From positions 17,422,001-17,486,000 of the forward strand of contig OX597820.1 in NCBI GenBank assembly GCA_951406725.2: 64,000 nucleotides of DNA, given 5' to 3'. This document shows positions 1-14,165 of this stretch, piece by piece (the first letter of the stretch is position 1; every line of letters starts with the position of its first letter). This DNA is from Octopus vulgaris. Lineage: Eukaryota. Under the pieces are notes generated by a model. The model saw only the letters and a program-made list of their open reading frames with translations. It was not told where the DNA came from and did not search any database. The position numbers and the translations under genes are program-made.

Positions 1-1742
1 GTTATTAACCATTAAACTTTGCTACATTGAATCCTATATTTCCGAACTAACAAAGCCAAAGGCTTAAACCATTGTTGTTCTGGCATGGCGTATATTCAAC
101 GCAAGAGTAAATTATTTGTACCCTAATGCTAGCTGCTTGTTGGAATGGTTAACGCATTTTATTTGCATTATCCTCTTCAACTGAATATGTGTAGTCACCT
201 AAACACTGCAGTTTCCATCTATCCAAGTGTAACTAAGTATCATGACGAAGTAAAATTCACAAATGGGAGAATGAAGAACGCATGAAATAAACTGTATCTT
301 GCATGTATTTAAATGATAAGATCAGATTTGATCTTTGTGCTTGAAATATTCATAGATAAATCAGAGCTTTGTATTTTCGTCTTAACCATCAAATACCGCT
401 AGGACTTCAATCATGCTACTCCCTCTAAAATACGGGAGGCATAAAAGTCATCTAAAACACCTTATTGATTATATCGAATTTTGTACAAATGCTCGCCTCC
501 CAAAACATTATCAGCAAAAATTCATGTCATTATTTCAACCACAACTATAAGCTTAATAAAATACTAATTAAAATTGCATTAATTACAAAGCATCTCCCTC
601 GATTCTAGTAGAGTAGTTTTACACAAAAGTGTATATCATACAGATACGTAGGCTCCTATACTCCTTTAAAATTACTCTTCGACATTGCACATACACACTG
701 CTTCTTTTGTTATAATTCTATTCCACATTTAATGCATTTATCCTGGTTTATCACAGGTGTTTGGTTTTAAAGATCACAGTGTTAACTGAAGTAAGCGATA
801 AATAGGTAATAAATCATAGGGAAAATAGGTTTCGCTCCGAGACCCCACACTGTTGTAAACATTGTGGTTGGTCGGTGAACTGTGTTTTTCGATCCAAGCA
901 CAATTTTCGACTGATTGCCCACCCGTGTTATCAAAGGTGAATTCACGGAAAGCGTAACACAGCTCACTATTTAGCATACAGTTTTATCTTGGATCAGGAT
1001 GAATGATTCCGTGATAAACGGATAAATGTAATACATTTTAATACAATTTTCATTACTTAAGCATTGATTTACACAATCTCATTCTAACTTCCTTACTGTC
1101 ATTTGGTCCCCCCTCTCTCTTTCTCGGTTTACCGTGAATTCATCACAGGAAGGGAAATTACACGGTGGTAAAATTATCGAGTCTTTTCATTACCTTCTAA
1201 TTTCATCGTCTTGCTAAATTCAGTGTCGATAAACTCATCGCCATGTTTTCTATCCGCAGACTAAAAACATGGCTAAATAACTACTTAAAGCTGACTAAAT
1301 CCAACGTATTTCCTTCACAAGGGGAATTTACTTCAAAGCCAGGAAATTCCATCCTTCAAACAGAAAATTTTGAGAAATGTTTTAAAAGACGAGAAATCAG
1401 AAAACGATGTGACGTTTGAACAGTTTATCACCAAAGTAAACATTTCCGCATCCAAAACAGAAAGATAATGCAACGAGAATTCAACACAGCATCATCTATA
1501 CTATATATATATTTTTTCAAAATGATATTTTTGTCTTGGAATGTTTTTCTCATTGTTCACAAAAGGTGACATATTTATTTACTGTGACACTATTATTGTC
1601 ATTAATATTGCCTCATTTGATCGAATTAACGATAATGAATTAAGGCAACAGTGTTATATTGCTGTAGTAATCAGGGTGAATAAAATATGTAGTTTATTGT
1701 CATGCACATAGAAAATAAAAATTATTCCAGGTTTATATGGAA

Positions 1743-2122
1743 ACTAGAAGTATAGCCCAGCGTTGCTCGGGTTTGTATTCTTTTCGACCCTTTAGAATTG
1801 GAAATTTTGAAACGTAGAAATGTTGTATTATGTAGCTTGTTATTCTCTTTAAGTGAACATTTTTCTTGTTGAAATACACCGGAAAATGGCGACAGAACAG
1901 TAAAAAAATCGTAAAAAATAGGGATTTTCATAGAAAAAAAGCACCGTTTTGATGTAAATAATTTTTGGTGTTAACATGGTCCGATTGAAACTTTTCTTCT
2001 ACGAAAGGAAGAGCAAGCCTTCTTCTATCATACTCTCAATTTTGGTCAACTTGCACCTCAGGGTCTCGGAGGAGATAGTGTTAGTTAAAGGCTACCAAAC
2101 CTGCCATACACAGAGATATATT
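1743..2122. mobile_element. Non-autonomous Helitron/Helentron-like element
   Basis: Begins ACTAGAAGTATAGCCCAGCGTTGCTCGGG (ACTAG plus a short GC hairpin) and ends with a TTTTGGTCAAC..GGAGGAGATAG..CATACACAGA block. This layout is typical of non-autonomous Helitron-type repeats. No coding capacity. Confidence 0.5.
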
Positions 2123-2350
2123 AAAAAGGGAGACGTGATATAGTGTTATTCAAGTCTTACATAATTTTCCGAGGGTTGCAGTATTAAAATCAAATTTAGA
2201 TATTTTACCCTGTAAATGAAAAGTTAAGAAAAGTTAAGATTATCAAAATATTCCCCAGTAAGTCCATTGTTAATTAACTGCAACGTGTTCCTTTAGTCTG
2301 TTACTATAAAACAACATTAGATGATGCTTGTATGTACTCGCGCACGTGTG

Positions 2351-2409
<59 letters not shown>

Positions 2410-2414
2410 TATAT

Positions 2415-2826
2415 CTTTATTTCTCTTTACTTGTTTCTCAGTCATTTGACTGCGGCCATGCTGGAGCACCGCCTTTAATCGAGCAACTCGACCCCGGGGC
2501 TTATTCTTTTGTAAGCCCAGTACTTATTCAATCGGTCTCTTTTGCCGAACTGCTAAGTAACGGGGACATAAACACACCAGCATCGGTTGTCAAGCAATGC
2601 TAGGGGGACAAACACAGACACACAAACACACACACGCATATATATATATATATACATATATACGACGGGCGTCTTTCAGTTTCCGTCTACCAAATCCACT
2701 CACAAGGCTTTGGTCAATCTGAGGCTATAGTAGAAGACACTTGCCCAAGATGCTACGCAGTGGGACTGAACCCGGAGCCATGTGGCTGGTAAACAAGCTA
2801 CTTACCACTTAGCCACTCCTGCGCCT
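2415..2826 (-). mobile_element. tRNA-derived SINE family A, full length
   Basis: Minus strand reads GGCGCAGGAGTGGCTAAGTGGTAAG (A box)...GGGTTCAGTCCC (B box)...CTTGGGCAAGTGTCTTCTACTATAGCC, then a central (TA)n/(TG)n tract and 3' ...CAGCATGGCCGCAGTCAAATGACTGA. About 20 copies or fragments in the window. Confidence 0.9.
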
Positions 2827-2837
2827 ATATATATATA

Positions 2838-3245
2838 TCTTTTACTCTTTTACTTGTTTCAGTCATTTGGCTGTGGCCGTGCTGGAGCACCGCCTTTAGT
2901 CGAGCAAATCGACCCCACGACTTATTCTTTGTAAGCCTAGAACTTATGCTATCGGTCTCTTTTGCCGAACCGCTAAGTTACGGGGACGTAAACACACCAG
3001 CATCGGTAGTCAAGCGATGTTGGGGGAACAAACACAGAAACACAAACATACACACACACACATACATAACAGCAAACATACGACGGCATTCTTTCAGTTA
3101 CCGTCTTTAGTTGGCGTGAATCTATAGTAGAAGACACTTGCCCAAGGTGCCATGCAGTGGGACTGAACCCGGAACCATATAGTTCGTAAGCAAGCTGCTT
3201 ACCACATAGCCACTCCTACGCCTAGCTACTTACTACACAGCCACT
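2838..3245 (-). mobile_element. SINE family A, directly adjacent to the previous copy
   Basis: Same head, body and tail as 2415-2826. Confidence 0.88.
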
Positions 3246-3252
3246 ATATATA

Positions 3253-3314
<62 letters not shown>

Positions 3315-3512
3315 TAAGGGTAGAAATTGATATTTATCAATTAAGACCAGTGGTCTAGCATATTAAAAAAGAATCCGAAGATTAAAATATTTATATGTAC
3401 CAATTAAGGACTGAACACGAAAAGTGGACAGTCAACATGCTAGATATAGACGTCAAATCGCCATTCACCACAAAAGATTATGTTCCCAGATCAAACTCAA
3501 CACAAAACCATA

Positions 3513-3580
<68 letters not shown>

Positions 3581-4041
3581 AAGTAGTATATATGTACACA
3601 CACACACACACATGCATTAGATAAAAAGCGAGATGTTGAATTTGCTGATATATTCGTCATGTCGTTGTATCATTACATATATATAGAAACAGAGAAAGAG
3701 AGAAAGAGTGAGAGGGGGGCGTGATAGATAGTTAAAGCCTTAAAAACGGCATGCGTTGAACTTACACTCGTATGTGGTATATTTACGCTTGCGATGTAAA
3801 AGTAAAAACTGTAATACATTGATCAAACGTTAAAAATTTCCAAGCAATCAAATTATAGATGATATTTTCACCACGATATAATTACCTGCAATGAATTCAT
3901 CAACCAGCCTCTCTTCGCCGAAATCTCAGCTTTTAATCTGCCCATAAAAATTAATCCCCCAATTTATTTACATATTTTTTTTTTACCTATTCTCACTTTT
4001 ACCAATTTGTTGTTCATGATTAGAACACCTAATCAGAACAC

Positions 4042-4140
4042 GAAAAGAACTAAAGATAAGAATGCAGATTTAATGAAAGCCTTTTTGACTAAGTCAAAAA
4101 GGCTTTCATTAAATCTGCATTCTTATCTTTAGTTCTTTTC
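4042..4140. repeat. Perfect 99-bp palindrome (49-bp arms, 1-nt spacer)
   Basis: GAAAAGAACTAAAGATAAGAATGCAGATTTAATGAAAGCCTTTTTGACT-A-exact reverse complement. Confidence 0.95.
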
Positions 4141-4549
4141 TTAAATTACAATGCCAAACTTTTAATTATATATTCAAGATATTTTCACAAAAGAACGAAA
4201 ATTTCAAACATTTAAGCAGAGGGTGTGCTAGTTTTCTTTTTTTTTTAAATAACTACCCCTTCAACTAAAAATATAATTATTTATTTGAAAGATGTATTTT
4301 TGTTATATATATATATATATATATAAATTCATTTCTACTCGTTTATTTGATTTTTTCTAATCTTTCGATTTAACACATTTTAAAATTAATTTTAATTTAA
4401 GACTATGGATTAGGGAAAATCGATCCCGCTCTTTGTTTTACGATTTGATATCTTTCCAAGGTTATCATTACGTTCCAGATCGATAAAGTAAAGTGCTGGT
4501 CAAAAACTGGAACCGTACAACCGACTCTTTACATCCCGTAAAATTTTAG

Positions 4550-4609
<60 letters not shown>

Positions 4610-4920
4610 CAGCATTATACTTTTTACAAATACAGTTATACTTGTTAGATATTAATTTATTCTTCCTTTCCTCAAATCTTAGATTTTTTGCGGTAAAATA
4701 CCCAAATTCCTCATCGGATCTACAGATATTTGAAATGTAAACCAATAGCAAAGATATTCTTTTATTCTTTTATTTGTTTCAGTCATTTTGACTGCCGCAA
4801 TGCTGAAGCACCGCATTTAGTCGAACAAAGCAACCCCAGGACTTATTCTTTCTAAGCCTAGTAATTACTCTATCGCTAAGATTCGGGGATGTAAACACAC
4901 TAACACGTTGTCAAGCGATG

Positions 4921-4972
<52 letters not shown>

Positions 4973-5636
4973 GGGCGTGCGGTGATCTTTCTGGCTGGGG
5001 AAGAAATGACCAAAACTTATGTCACATTGATATTTGAATCAAACTGACATGTTCATATTATACAGTTATTTTTCAAATTTAAAAAAATCGCATTTTATAT
5101 TAAGGGTGTTCTGTAATTTGAAGAAGTATAAAATATAAGTTGAGGAAACGCAGAAAACTATGCCCGTGTTAACTTTTCAAGTTTTTTCTAGTGAAAATTG
5201 AATGTCAACTTGCTTCATTTTTCCTATGTGAGTGTTACATAACAACGCAAGATTATATATATATCATAGAAATTGACAGAAACTTAGTCTAAGCGTATAA
5301 ATATTTATTAGCATCTAAAACTATTCGTTATCAGCTCTCTTTAGAAAAAAATTGTCTTTGTGACTTTTCTATCGGAAAAAATGTTAAAATATTACACCGA
5401 AAACGATGCAACTGCTCGTGTTGTTTCCTTGCACAGATTTTTTTGTGTCGTCTGCCACTGTTTGTCGTCTGATGCTAATTCCGACAATAAAAGCCTGAAG
5501 CCTATGATGTCCTGTTGTTTATATTAATTTCACAGAACATTAGAAGAACGATCTTATGAAAATTAAGTAATATAGTTTCAATGTTGTTTTCTCTTTTATT
5601 TCTCTTTTACTTGATTCAGTCATTTGACTGTGGCCA

Positions 5637-5872
5637 TGAGATGCACATATCGTCAGCCACTAAGGGACATGCTCAACTGGTTATGGTCAAACAACTGACA
5701 AGCAAATCTGTGGTATTGAGCAGAATATTTGCTGTAGCCCATCTTTTCTACCAAGACAAAATACTGTACATGATAACACTTCCAATCAGTTAAGATCAGA
5801 AGCCATGAGAGCCACTGCCTGGAACTGCATCAGTTATTGTTATTATTATTACCATCATCATTATTATTATTA
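5637..5872 (+). mobile_element. 3' end of a retroposon with (TTA)n tail
   Basis: Reverse complement of part of 15490-15690. Both copies end at a (TTA)n tract. Confidence 0.65.
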
Positions 5873-6716
5873 TAATCAACGTGACTCAATTTCCAGAAGC
5901 ACCACTGCACATAATACGTGGATTTAGTACAGAAATTGACATGAAACTCATCTTAGAAAATACACCCAGGTATACTTGGAGATGGGATAATGAATTTAGA
6001 ATATTGATAACGTTCTAGATCAGGAAATTAAGGTAAGGGAATTCGACCCTATACAGACATACACTTACTTAAAGCTCAATGAATTTGATGGTATACAACA
6101 CGCACAATTGACAGAAAAAGATCACGAAAAATATATTAGAAAAAGCCGCTTAAAATTAATTATCAAACAGAATATTTAAATCTTTCGATATTGGCAAATT
6201 AATAGAAAATTATTTGGGTGTTTCGTTATTAAATATTAAAAGTTTTTTTTTTTTAAATTCTTGTAAATTTCCTGACAATTTAACGAAGAAATTTTCTAGA
6301 GCTATAAAAGCTTATTAAGTAACTGACCTCAATTTGTAATGTTCCAATTTCCAAAGATGAAATATGAAAACACCGTAAAAAATAAATAGATAAATAAATA
6401 AAAGAATTGAGATTTCTCTGATAAGGTATTCCCCGAATATCTTAATGTTTAATTTCAAAACAAATTTCTTTAGAGAGGAAGGAAAACAGAAACAATTGCG
6501 GAAAGAACAAAAGTAATTATTATTAAGTGACATGAAGAAATAGCTGAGGGAGAGAGAGGGGAGAGGGGGAGATGGAGGGGGAGAGAGAGGGAGGAAGAGG
6601 GACAGTGTCTCGTTTTATATTTAAAGAAAGATTGGGGAAGTGACAGACAACAAGATGAATGCGCTGTTTCAGTACTCGTACACATACACACACACAAACA
6701 CACGCATGTGTGTATG

Positions 6717-6789
<73 letters not shown>

Positions 6790-7119
6790 ATGTATATATA
6801 CAGAGACAGAGTGTGAGAAATCAAGCGAGTGCTGTCATATATCAGCTGGATAATCTATCATAATATGATATGATAGGAAAGCTAAATCGATTTAGACACG
6901 GCTCTATAGATTGTTATAAATGAAATTATGGCGAATAATGTTCGGTTATTTATCATTCTTTGTATATTTAAGTCTTCAGTTCAATACAGCGATTGAAAGA
7001 AGTTTGGGACGATAATTTTAGCGAAGAAGGGAGTGTTGAGTTATTGGAGAGATAATGAATGGATGATGGTGAGAATTAAGGGACCTAAAACCTAGCTTGA
7101 AATGTGAAAGAATCCAGTG

Positions 7120-7975
7120 TTTTTCTATTATAAGTACAAGGCTTGAAATTTTGTTGGAGGTGTGTAGTCAATTACATCGAAATTAATGTTTATCTGGTAC
7201 TAATATTATCGATTCTGGAAGGATGAGAAGCTAATCGATCTCAGTGGCATTTGAACTCAGAACGTAAAACCAATGGAAACACCTTTTTTTTACTACCCAC
7301 AAGGGTCTAAACACAGAAGGGACAAACAAGGACAGACAAACGGATTAAGTCGATTACATCGACCCCAGTGCGTAACTGGTACTTATTTAATTGACCCCGA
7401 AAGGATGAAAGGTAAAGTCGACCTCGGCATAATTTGAACTCAGAACGTAGCGGCAGACGAAATACCGCTAAGCATTTCGCCCGGCGTGCTAACGATTCTG
7501 CCATCTCACTTGCTTTCAGTTGATTGAAAAATTATTCTTCCTACTATCGATACAATACCTGAAATTTTGCAGGAGGAGGCTAATCGATTTCATCGAGCAC
7601 ACCACTTATTTTATCGATGCCTATTAGACGAAAGGCAAAGTCGATCTCGTTGGCATTTGAATTATCTCTAATCAAATTAAAGCGGAAAGATGGCTCGACC
7701 ACTACCGTACCGGACAAAATACTTAGCGGTATTTCTTTCGGCTTAGGGTTCTTTCTATAATAGGTGCATATCCTCAAATTTCATGAGGTGGGAGGTGAGG
7801 GTGTTACCCGATTACATCGACCCCAGCACTGAACTACTTCTGATTTTATCAAATCCGAAAAGATGAGAGGCAAAGTCAACCTCCGTGGAATTTGAACTCA
7901 GAACGTAAAACCAGAAGAAATGTCGCTAAGTATTTAGTCCGGCGTGGTAGCTATACTGCCAACTTACTGGCTTCA
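7120..7975 (-). mobile_element. Cluster of SINE family B copies (tRNA-derived, Meta-domain-like)
   Basis: Repeated reverse complement of GAGTTCAAAT (B box)-GCCGAGGTCGACTTTGCCTTTCATCCTTTCGGGGTCGATAAATAAGTACCAG. Best copy is about 7285-7505. Confidence 0.85.
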
Positions 7976-9344
7976 GTTGGTTAAAAACAATAAAACCCAA
8001 AAATTACGCGTACAATAATCAACTTCATTAAGAAGTACATAATTATTTTATCTTCTCATATAATATTTCTAAAACAAAGAATTGATATATGCATTTGAAA
8101 TAACGTTGAGTTAAAATATCGATATGTACAACATATATAATAGGTATAGGTGCAGGCATGGCTATGTGGATGAGAAACTCACATATGTGCGCGCGCGTAT
8201 GGAGGGTATGTCTGTGTTTCTCTTCCCCGAACACTTGACAGCCATTGTTCATTTGTTTAACTACCCGTAATTTAGCGGTTCGACCAGACATGTAAAAATG
8301 TTCTGCATTTGATTTGTTCGACTAAAACCCTTCAAGGCGATAACCCAAATTGGCAGCAGTTCACTGGCTGAAATAAATAAAAAAATTAAAGACAAGATAC
8401 GAACGTGGAAGGACACTAGCTATGATGTTTTGTTTCCAAAAAAACTTGTGTATTAAAAACACAGGGCTGCACTAAGAATGCCTGTGGATCGCCAGATACG
8501 GCGTTTCGACTTGGTTTCATCTCCTCAAGGATGAATACTCCAGACGAACGGAACTAAGTAGAAAAATATTGTTTTAAATAAAAATCGTTACAGAAAACAT
8601 TTACTATTTGTGCAGCAGCTACCCAGACTATAATTAAACTTATATATGTACTTCAGACAGTTCAGACAGCCTTATATTAAAATACTGCTGTGTATGTTGT
8701 TTATAATACGTTTACAAACGCGGATCGACGGTTGCCGCAATCGTTTTATGTCTGAGAAATCTAAAAGTGACTTATGTGTTAAACACATGAGATCTCCTTC
8801 AAAATGTCGGTGGATCATCAGACACGGTATTTCGAAATGATTTGGCGCTTTTAAATGCATAAGTTTTCTTGAGATCTTTTAACCGAGACAATATTACAGA
8901 TGATGCCGTGTCACTCGTGTAAATACTCTAGAAATCTTTTACTCGTCAGAGTTCTAAAAATGAGTTTACGAATATTGGTCAGTTGAAAAAGAAAATAACT
9001 TTCTAACTTTAAGTCTCTCATTTGTTTCAGTCATTTTACTGCGGCCATTCTGGAGCATCACCTCTTAGTCGAACAAATCGATCCCATAAAATCGACAGAC
9101 ATCAGCCGGTAAACATTCCAGTATGTCTATGTATTCAAATGTTTTGGATGAATACACACACATGTATTAGTGGTACACATTATCAAGTAGAAAAAGTAGG
9201 TAAATGCATAAACAAGGATGTGTAGGTATATAAGAGCATATAGAAACAAATGAGCAATAGAGCAAATGAGTAGATTGTCTATAAAACCGAATAGGTGTGC
9301 AGGTGCTAGTTCCGGGCATATAAAGAAGCCCGTCGTGTATATAT

Positions 9345-9679
9345 TGAGACCCCCTTCGGTCATGACTGACCATGGGATTGCACCTAGAAAGCTACACTCC
9401 CGGGCAAAGTCCGGGAAAGGTTGTTTATGGAAGACCAGCAGTCGCCCATGCATACTGGCCTCCCCTCTCCACGCCACCAGTGTTATCCAAGGGAAAGGCA
9501 AAGGCAGATACAGCTTGGTACCAGCGACATCGCAACTCATTTCTACAGCTGAGTGAACTGGAGCAACGTGAAATAAAATGTGTTGCTCAAGAACACAACA
9601 CGCAGCCCGGTCCGGGATTCAAACTCACAACCTCACGATCGTAAACTCGACGCCCTAACCACTGAGCCAAATGCCTTAA

Positions 9680-9680
<1 letters not shown>
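9345..9680 (-). mobile_element. tRNA-derived SINE family D
   Basis: Minus head TGGCTCAGTGGTTAGGGCG...GAGTTTGAATCCC, then TTGAGCAACACATTTTATTTCACGTTGCTCCAG and tail ...CATGACCGAAGGGGGTCT. Matches 32322-32728. Confidence 0.88.
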
Positions 9681-9770
<90 letters not shown>

Positions 9771-9779
9771 ATTCAAAAT

Positions 9780-9990
9780 GTGACCTCATGTGTACCGTTG
9801 GTGATATTTTTTCCTCTGTCTTCCCTTCTCTGGATCTTTCCTTCTCCTATGTTTCCGACGAAGAGCTCCGCTCGTAACTTTAAACTTTGCTTCTTTCCTT
9901 CTTTCCTGAGCGTCCAATAATACTATATTTGTTCCACATCCTCGCGTTGTTGTGTTTTTTATGCTTTCTTGTTTGGATTAACTTAATATA
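9780..9990 (+). mobile_element. Short repeat carrying a decayed minimal hammerhead motif (9851-9885)
   Basis: GTTT-CCGACGA-A-GAGC-tcc-GCTC-GTAAC-TTT-AAAC. Homologous to 54193-54386 and similar to 42715-42900. Confidence 0.55.
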
Positions 9991-10256
9991 TATATACAAC
10001 GGGCTTCTTTCAGTTTCCGTCTACCAGTTTGCGCTCACAAGGCTGTGGTCGGCCAGAGGCTATAGTAGAAGACACTTGCCCGAGATGCTACGCAGTGGAC
10101 TGAACGCAGAACCATGTGATTGGTAAGCAAGCCACTTACTACACAGTCACTCTACTGATTTTTTAATTAAAAGATATAGCTTATTTATTTCCATTGCACG
10201 AAATAATGGTTTCAAATGTTGCCACAAGACCAACAATTTTAGAGGGGGAGTTAATA

Positions 10257-10809
10257 TTGGGTTGTCCAGAAAGTTCGTGCTGATTTTTAAAGGAAAGAAA
10301 AAGGTCAATAAATACTTGCCATTACATTTTTAATCAACCAAATATGAAACATTGTGTTGCACAATGCGTCTCCATCTTTCCTTTAACTTGAAAATACCCT
10401 CTTTCCAGAATTGAGGTGGTTTCATGGCAAACAATTCATTACGTCATCCAAGGAATTGAAATTTTTACCATTAAGACTATTCTGCAGAGACCTGAATAAG
10501 TGGAAATCCGAAGGAGCAATATCTGGTGAATATGGAGGGTGGGGTAACACATCCCAGCCGAGCTGCAGCAATTTTTGTCTGGTTCCCAATGCATCAAGTG
10601 CCGAAAATGATCTTTCTCATCTTTTATTTTAAAGGGTTACAGAATTAACACAGGTTATGGGAACATAAACCTTCTTCCACGAAAAGATAGCTTAAACTGT
10701 GCTTTAAATGGAGGTGTAGTCAAATCCTATTTTATGGACTTAACCATGTTCTAAAATAAGTTGAAAATTAAGCTACTATAAATCGGCACGAACTTTCCGG
10801 ACAACCCAA
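10257..10809 (-). mobile_element. Internally deleted mariner transposon
   Basis: TIRs TTGGGTTGTCCAGAAAGTTCGTGCTGATTT / AAATCGGCACGAACTTTCCGGACAACCCAA, with TA on the left. Minus strand encodes GTRQKLLQLGWDVLPHPPYSPDIAPSDFHLFRSLQNSLNGKKF (mariner YSPDLAP motif), joined to an N-terminal EKDHFRHL fragment. Confidence 0.92.
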
Positions 10810-11508
10810 TGTATGTATGTATGTATGTACGCCGGGTTTCCACACAATTTCCCTTTACCAAATTCACCCAGAAGGCATTGATCAAGATAGTAGCAGAAAA
10901 CACTTGCTCAAGACACTGCGCACTGGGATTAAACATGAAACCACTAAACTGCAAAGCAAGCTTCTTAACCAAACTGCCATGGTTGCACCTATAGGAATGC
11001 TAAATCAAATACAAACATTACGTAATTTATTCTCCAGAAAAAACACCTCACTAAAGATGTTTATATCTAACGATCGAAAATTCAAACTCTAGCTATAAAC
11101 AAGCAGCTACACAAACCGACTTTGCTTCATGTAAAATATATGACTAGGAAAATCTAAAGACGTCCATGATGAATGTGCGAAATTATTGTTAGAAACCGAC
11201 AGCAAAGAACTCGTCAGAAAAGATTAAATAAAAGATGGAATATAAGGAAAACACTGACAATACAAGTGCGTACACGCATATCACCACACACACACACACA
11301 CACACAGACACACGCATGCAAACGCACATTCGCACACACATACGCATATATACAAAACATTTAAAAGAACATATATGAGACCCAATATATATGTATAAAA
11401 TACTGTGTACATATTTTATATGAATAATATATAGTCTATTGACTAATTTTTCTATACGCTAGTCCACTGGTGGTAAAAATTTCTAAAATCTTTATTACCC
11501 TGATATTA

Positions 11509-11583
<75 letters not shown>

Positions 11584-12497
11584 CGTCGTCAGTCATATTT
11601 GTATTTAAAAGGTTATAAAAGGTTACCGTTTTGTAGATGAGAACGATATTTCAACAAATACAGCGCAGTTGGAGACTGGTGTTTAACACTGAGAGCTCAC
11701 AGCTCCAATAATGGTTTAAAACAATAAAAGAACCACTGACATAACAGTGCTAGACATACTACTGAGCAACGCAGGTTTTTGATTTTCAATTACATTATAT
11801 TTTTATTTGTTCGTAAATTAGCATTCTGTGTATTTTACTTAATGTGGAAAAACTACAAAAAGCCACAAAACTGCAGCAGTTGTGTTGAGAAAGCTTCTCA
11901 TATAGATACAAAAATGGACAAATGTGTTTCGAAACAGACGTAAACGCTTTTCAGCAACAGAAGCAGAGTTGCTAAACCATGTTTTCTGTGCCATGCACGT
12001 CATCAGTAACACGTATCCACTTTTAACCACATTCATGCTTTGAAAGTTCGGACTGATCAGCTAAATTTGTAGAGCTCTAATTTAAACAGGCTCCTAATCC
12101 ATCGCTAGTGTTTGGAAGAACCTTTGACACTTTATATTCTGAGTTCAAATCCAGTAAGGTCAGCTGTGCCGCTCATGCTTCGCAGTCGAATAATAACATA
12201 ACAGCCAGCTATTGGGGTGATGATATCGATTAACGCGCCCCCACTCAAAACTTCGGACAGTTTAAGCCTAAATTAGAAACAATTATTTCAATATAATATC
12301 TGTCTTAACCCTGGTTACTAAACATAAGTAATAAAATTTCGCTACGAAATATAATAGACATGTGAATGTTCTACAGTGTTTTCCATTGCGATTGGTAACA
12401 CTACACAATGTTAAGACTCAGATCCTGTGCTTCTGGTCAAGCCGAACCCTATTTTCGAAGCAATATTTCTAAGGCTTAAATTTCGTTTTAAATACCT

Positions 12498-12775
12498 TCC
12501 TCAACAGGCCTTGCCCTATTTAACATTGTCTCGAGGGAGATCAAAGAGGAAAAGGATTCCATCAACTTTAAACGGAGTCTGGATAGATTCCTTCAAAGAA
12601 TAACAGATAAGCCATCCATAATTGGATACAACTCACCCAACAAGAACTCACTACTTGAATGGACCATAAACAAAACTTGACTTAAACAGGATTCGAATAA
12701 TCCTATTAGGTGGTGCTATTAAGTTAGACATAGCCTGGACCAATCTTTGGTCGAAACATAAAAGTTTTATCTAAG
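12498..12775 (+). mobile_element. 3' fossil of a CR1-like LINE
   Basis: Frame 12498-12680 reads SSTGLALFNIVSREIKEEKDSINFKRSLDRFLQRITDKPSIIGYNSPNKNSLLEWTINKT*, resembling the CR1-type ORF2 C-terminus (LFN.LP..I...FK..LD.FL...PD.P). A short 3' UTR follows. Confidence 0.7.
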
Positions 12776-12839
12776 TTTTATATATATATGTGTGTGTGTG
12801 TGTGGATATAAAGGCATCCACTATTTTCCTCTCGCTCTG

Positions 12840-13150
12840 GTCTAACGGCCCTCTCTGTTTGTTTTCGTTCGGTTTCCTTGTATATCTCCACTGTTATTAT
12901 TTCGTTCCCAACTTTGACCCTCCATAAATCCTGAATTTTATTTTAGAATTTATGGGAGCAACTGTCTTTGAAGACTCATATTATCGTTGAATGCTCGAAA
13001 TGAGGAGTAGATAGACAGCCGACAATGATGAAGGTCCGTTTCTCTGTGTTTACTTGTCATGTTTTCCATTTTTCTCGTTGTTTGCGTATTTAACTCGTTT
13101 GTTTAAGTATTTCATGTTGTTTGCACAGTCAGTGACATCCTGTACCAATA
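12840..13150 (+). repeat. Interspersed repeat, diverged inverted homolog of 16780-17100
   Basis: Shared blocks TTTGACCCTCCA(T/C)AAATCC, CAACTG(T/C)CTT, CCGACAA(C)TGATGAA and ...TCCTGTACC in opposite orientation. Confidence 0.6.
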
Positions 13151-13222
13151 TATGCATGTATTTTTTATATATAAAATATAGCAGCGTACGTACACTTTGA
13201 TCTCTTATATGTATATATATAT

Positions 13223-13271
<49 letters not shown>

Positions 13272-13932
13272 TTTGTATGACTATCATTCTTTCTAATCTT
13301 TCATTATTTCCTTCTTTCTATCAGCCCTTTCACACTTCGTTCATTCCACTCTTCGTTCTTTTGTTTCTCCTCTCTCACATTTCCTGGCCTTCTCTTCATG
13401 CTCACTTTCCCTGTGTCTTTCATTTTTTTCTCAACTCCTCCTTAATTCTTCTATCCCTCTGCTTCTACCTCTCTTTCCCCACGTGACCGGTGTTCGGCCA
13501 GGCTTGACCTTTCTTTTTTGGTTCGACTATCATCCGTGCAACATCTATATTCCTCCTTGTGCCTGTTGAATCTCATGAACCTGCCGTAAGGCTATACTTC
13601 CACACACGCCAGCTTAATTCTTCCTTAGTCGAAAGAACATGTTGTTATGTCCTGTTAATTGCATTTATATTTATGTATCATTTCTTTGTTTTTTTTCTGT
13701 CCTTGTTTTTGTATACATTCGCTGCTTTCTTCCAAGGAATCTAATGCTTTTAGCTTAGTTTTTCCTTGGGGCTGGCCAGATTGGAGCAATTTCGAGTATA
13801 ACCAGCCAAAATTGCAAAGATAATCTAGAACTCAACTGCGGAAAAAAACTCCGAATGACCCGTCCTTGTTTTCTTCGTATCGTCTGTCTGGATGTTTTGC
13901 GTTCTTGTCCCATTTTTGTATATATATATAAA

Positions 13933-13934
<2 letters not shown>

Positions 13935-13989
<55 letters not shown>

Positions 13990-14010
13990 TATTATTATTA
14001 TTATTACTAC

Positions 14011-14061
<51 letters not shown>

Positions 14062-14094
14062 TACTACTATTATTATTATTATTATTACTACTAC

Positions 14095-14133
<39 letters not shown>

Positions 14134-14165
14134 TACTACTATTATTATTATTATTATTATTATTA
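13935..14165. repeat. (TTA/CTA)n microsatellite
   Basis: About 230 bp trinucleotide tract; source of the poly-Y/I/N ORFs. Confidence 0.97.

Noticed and set aside
8490-8535. Minus TTGAGGA-GAT..GTC-GAAACGCCGTA hammerhead-like core
   Set aside because: No stem I pairing and a non-canonical core.
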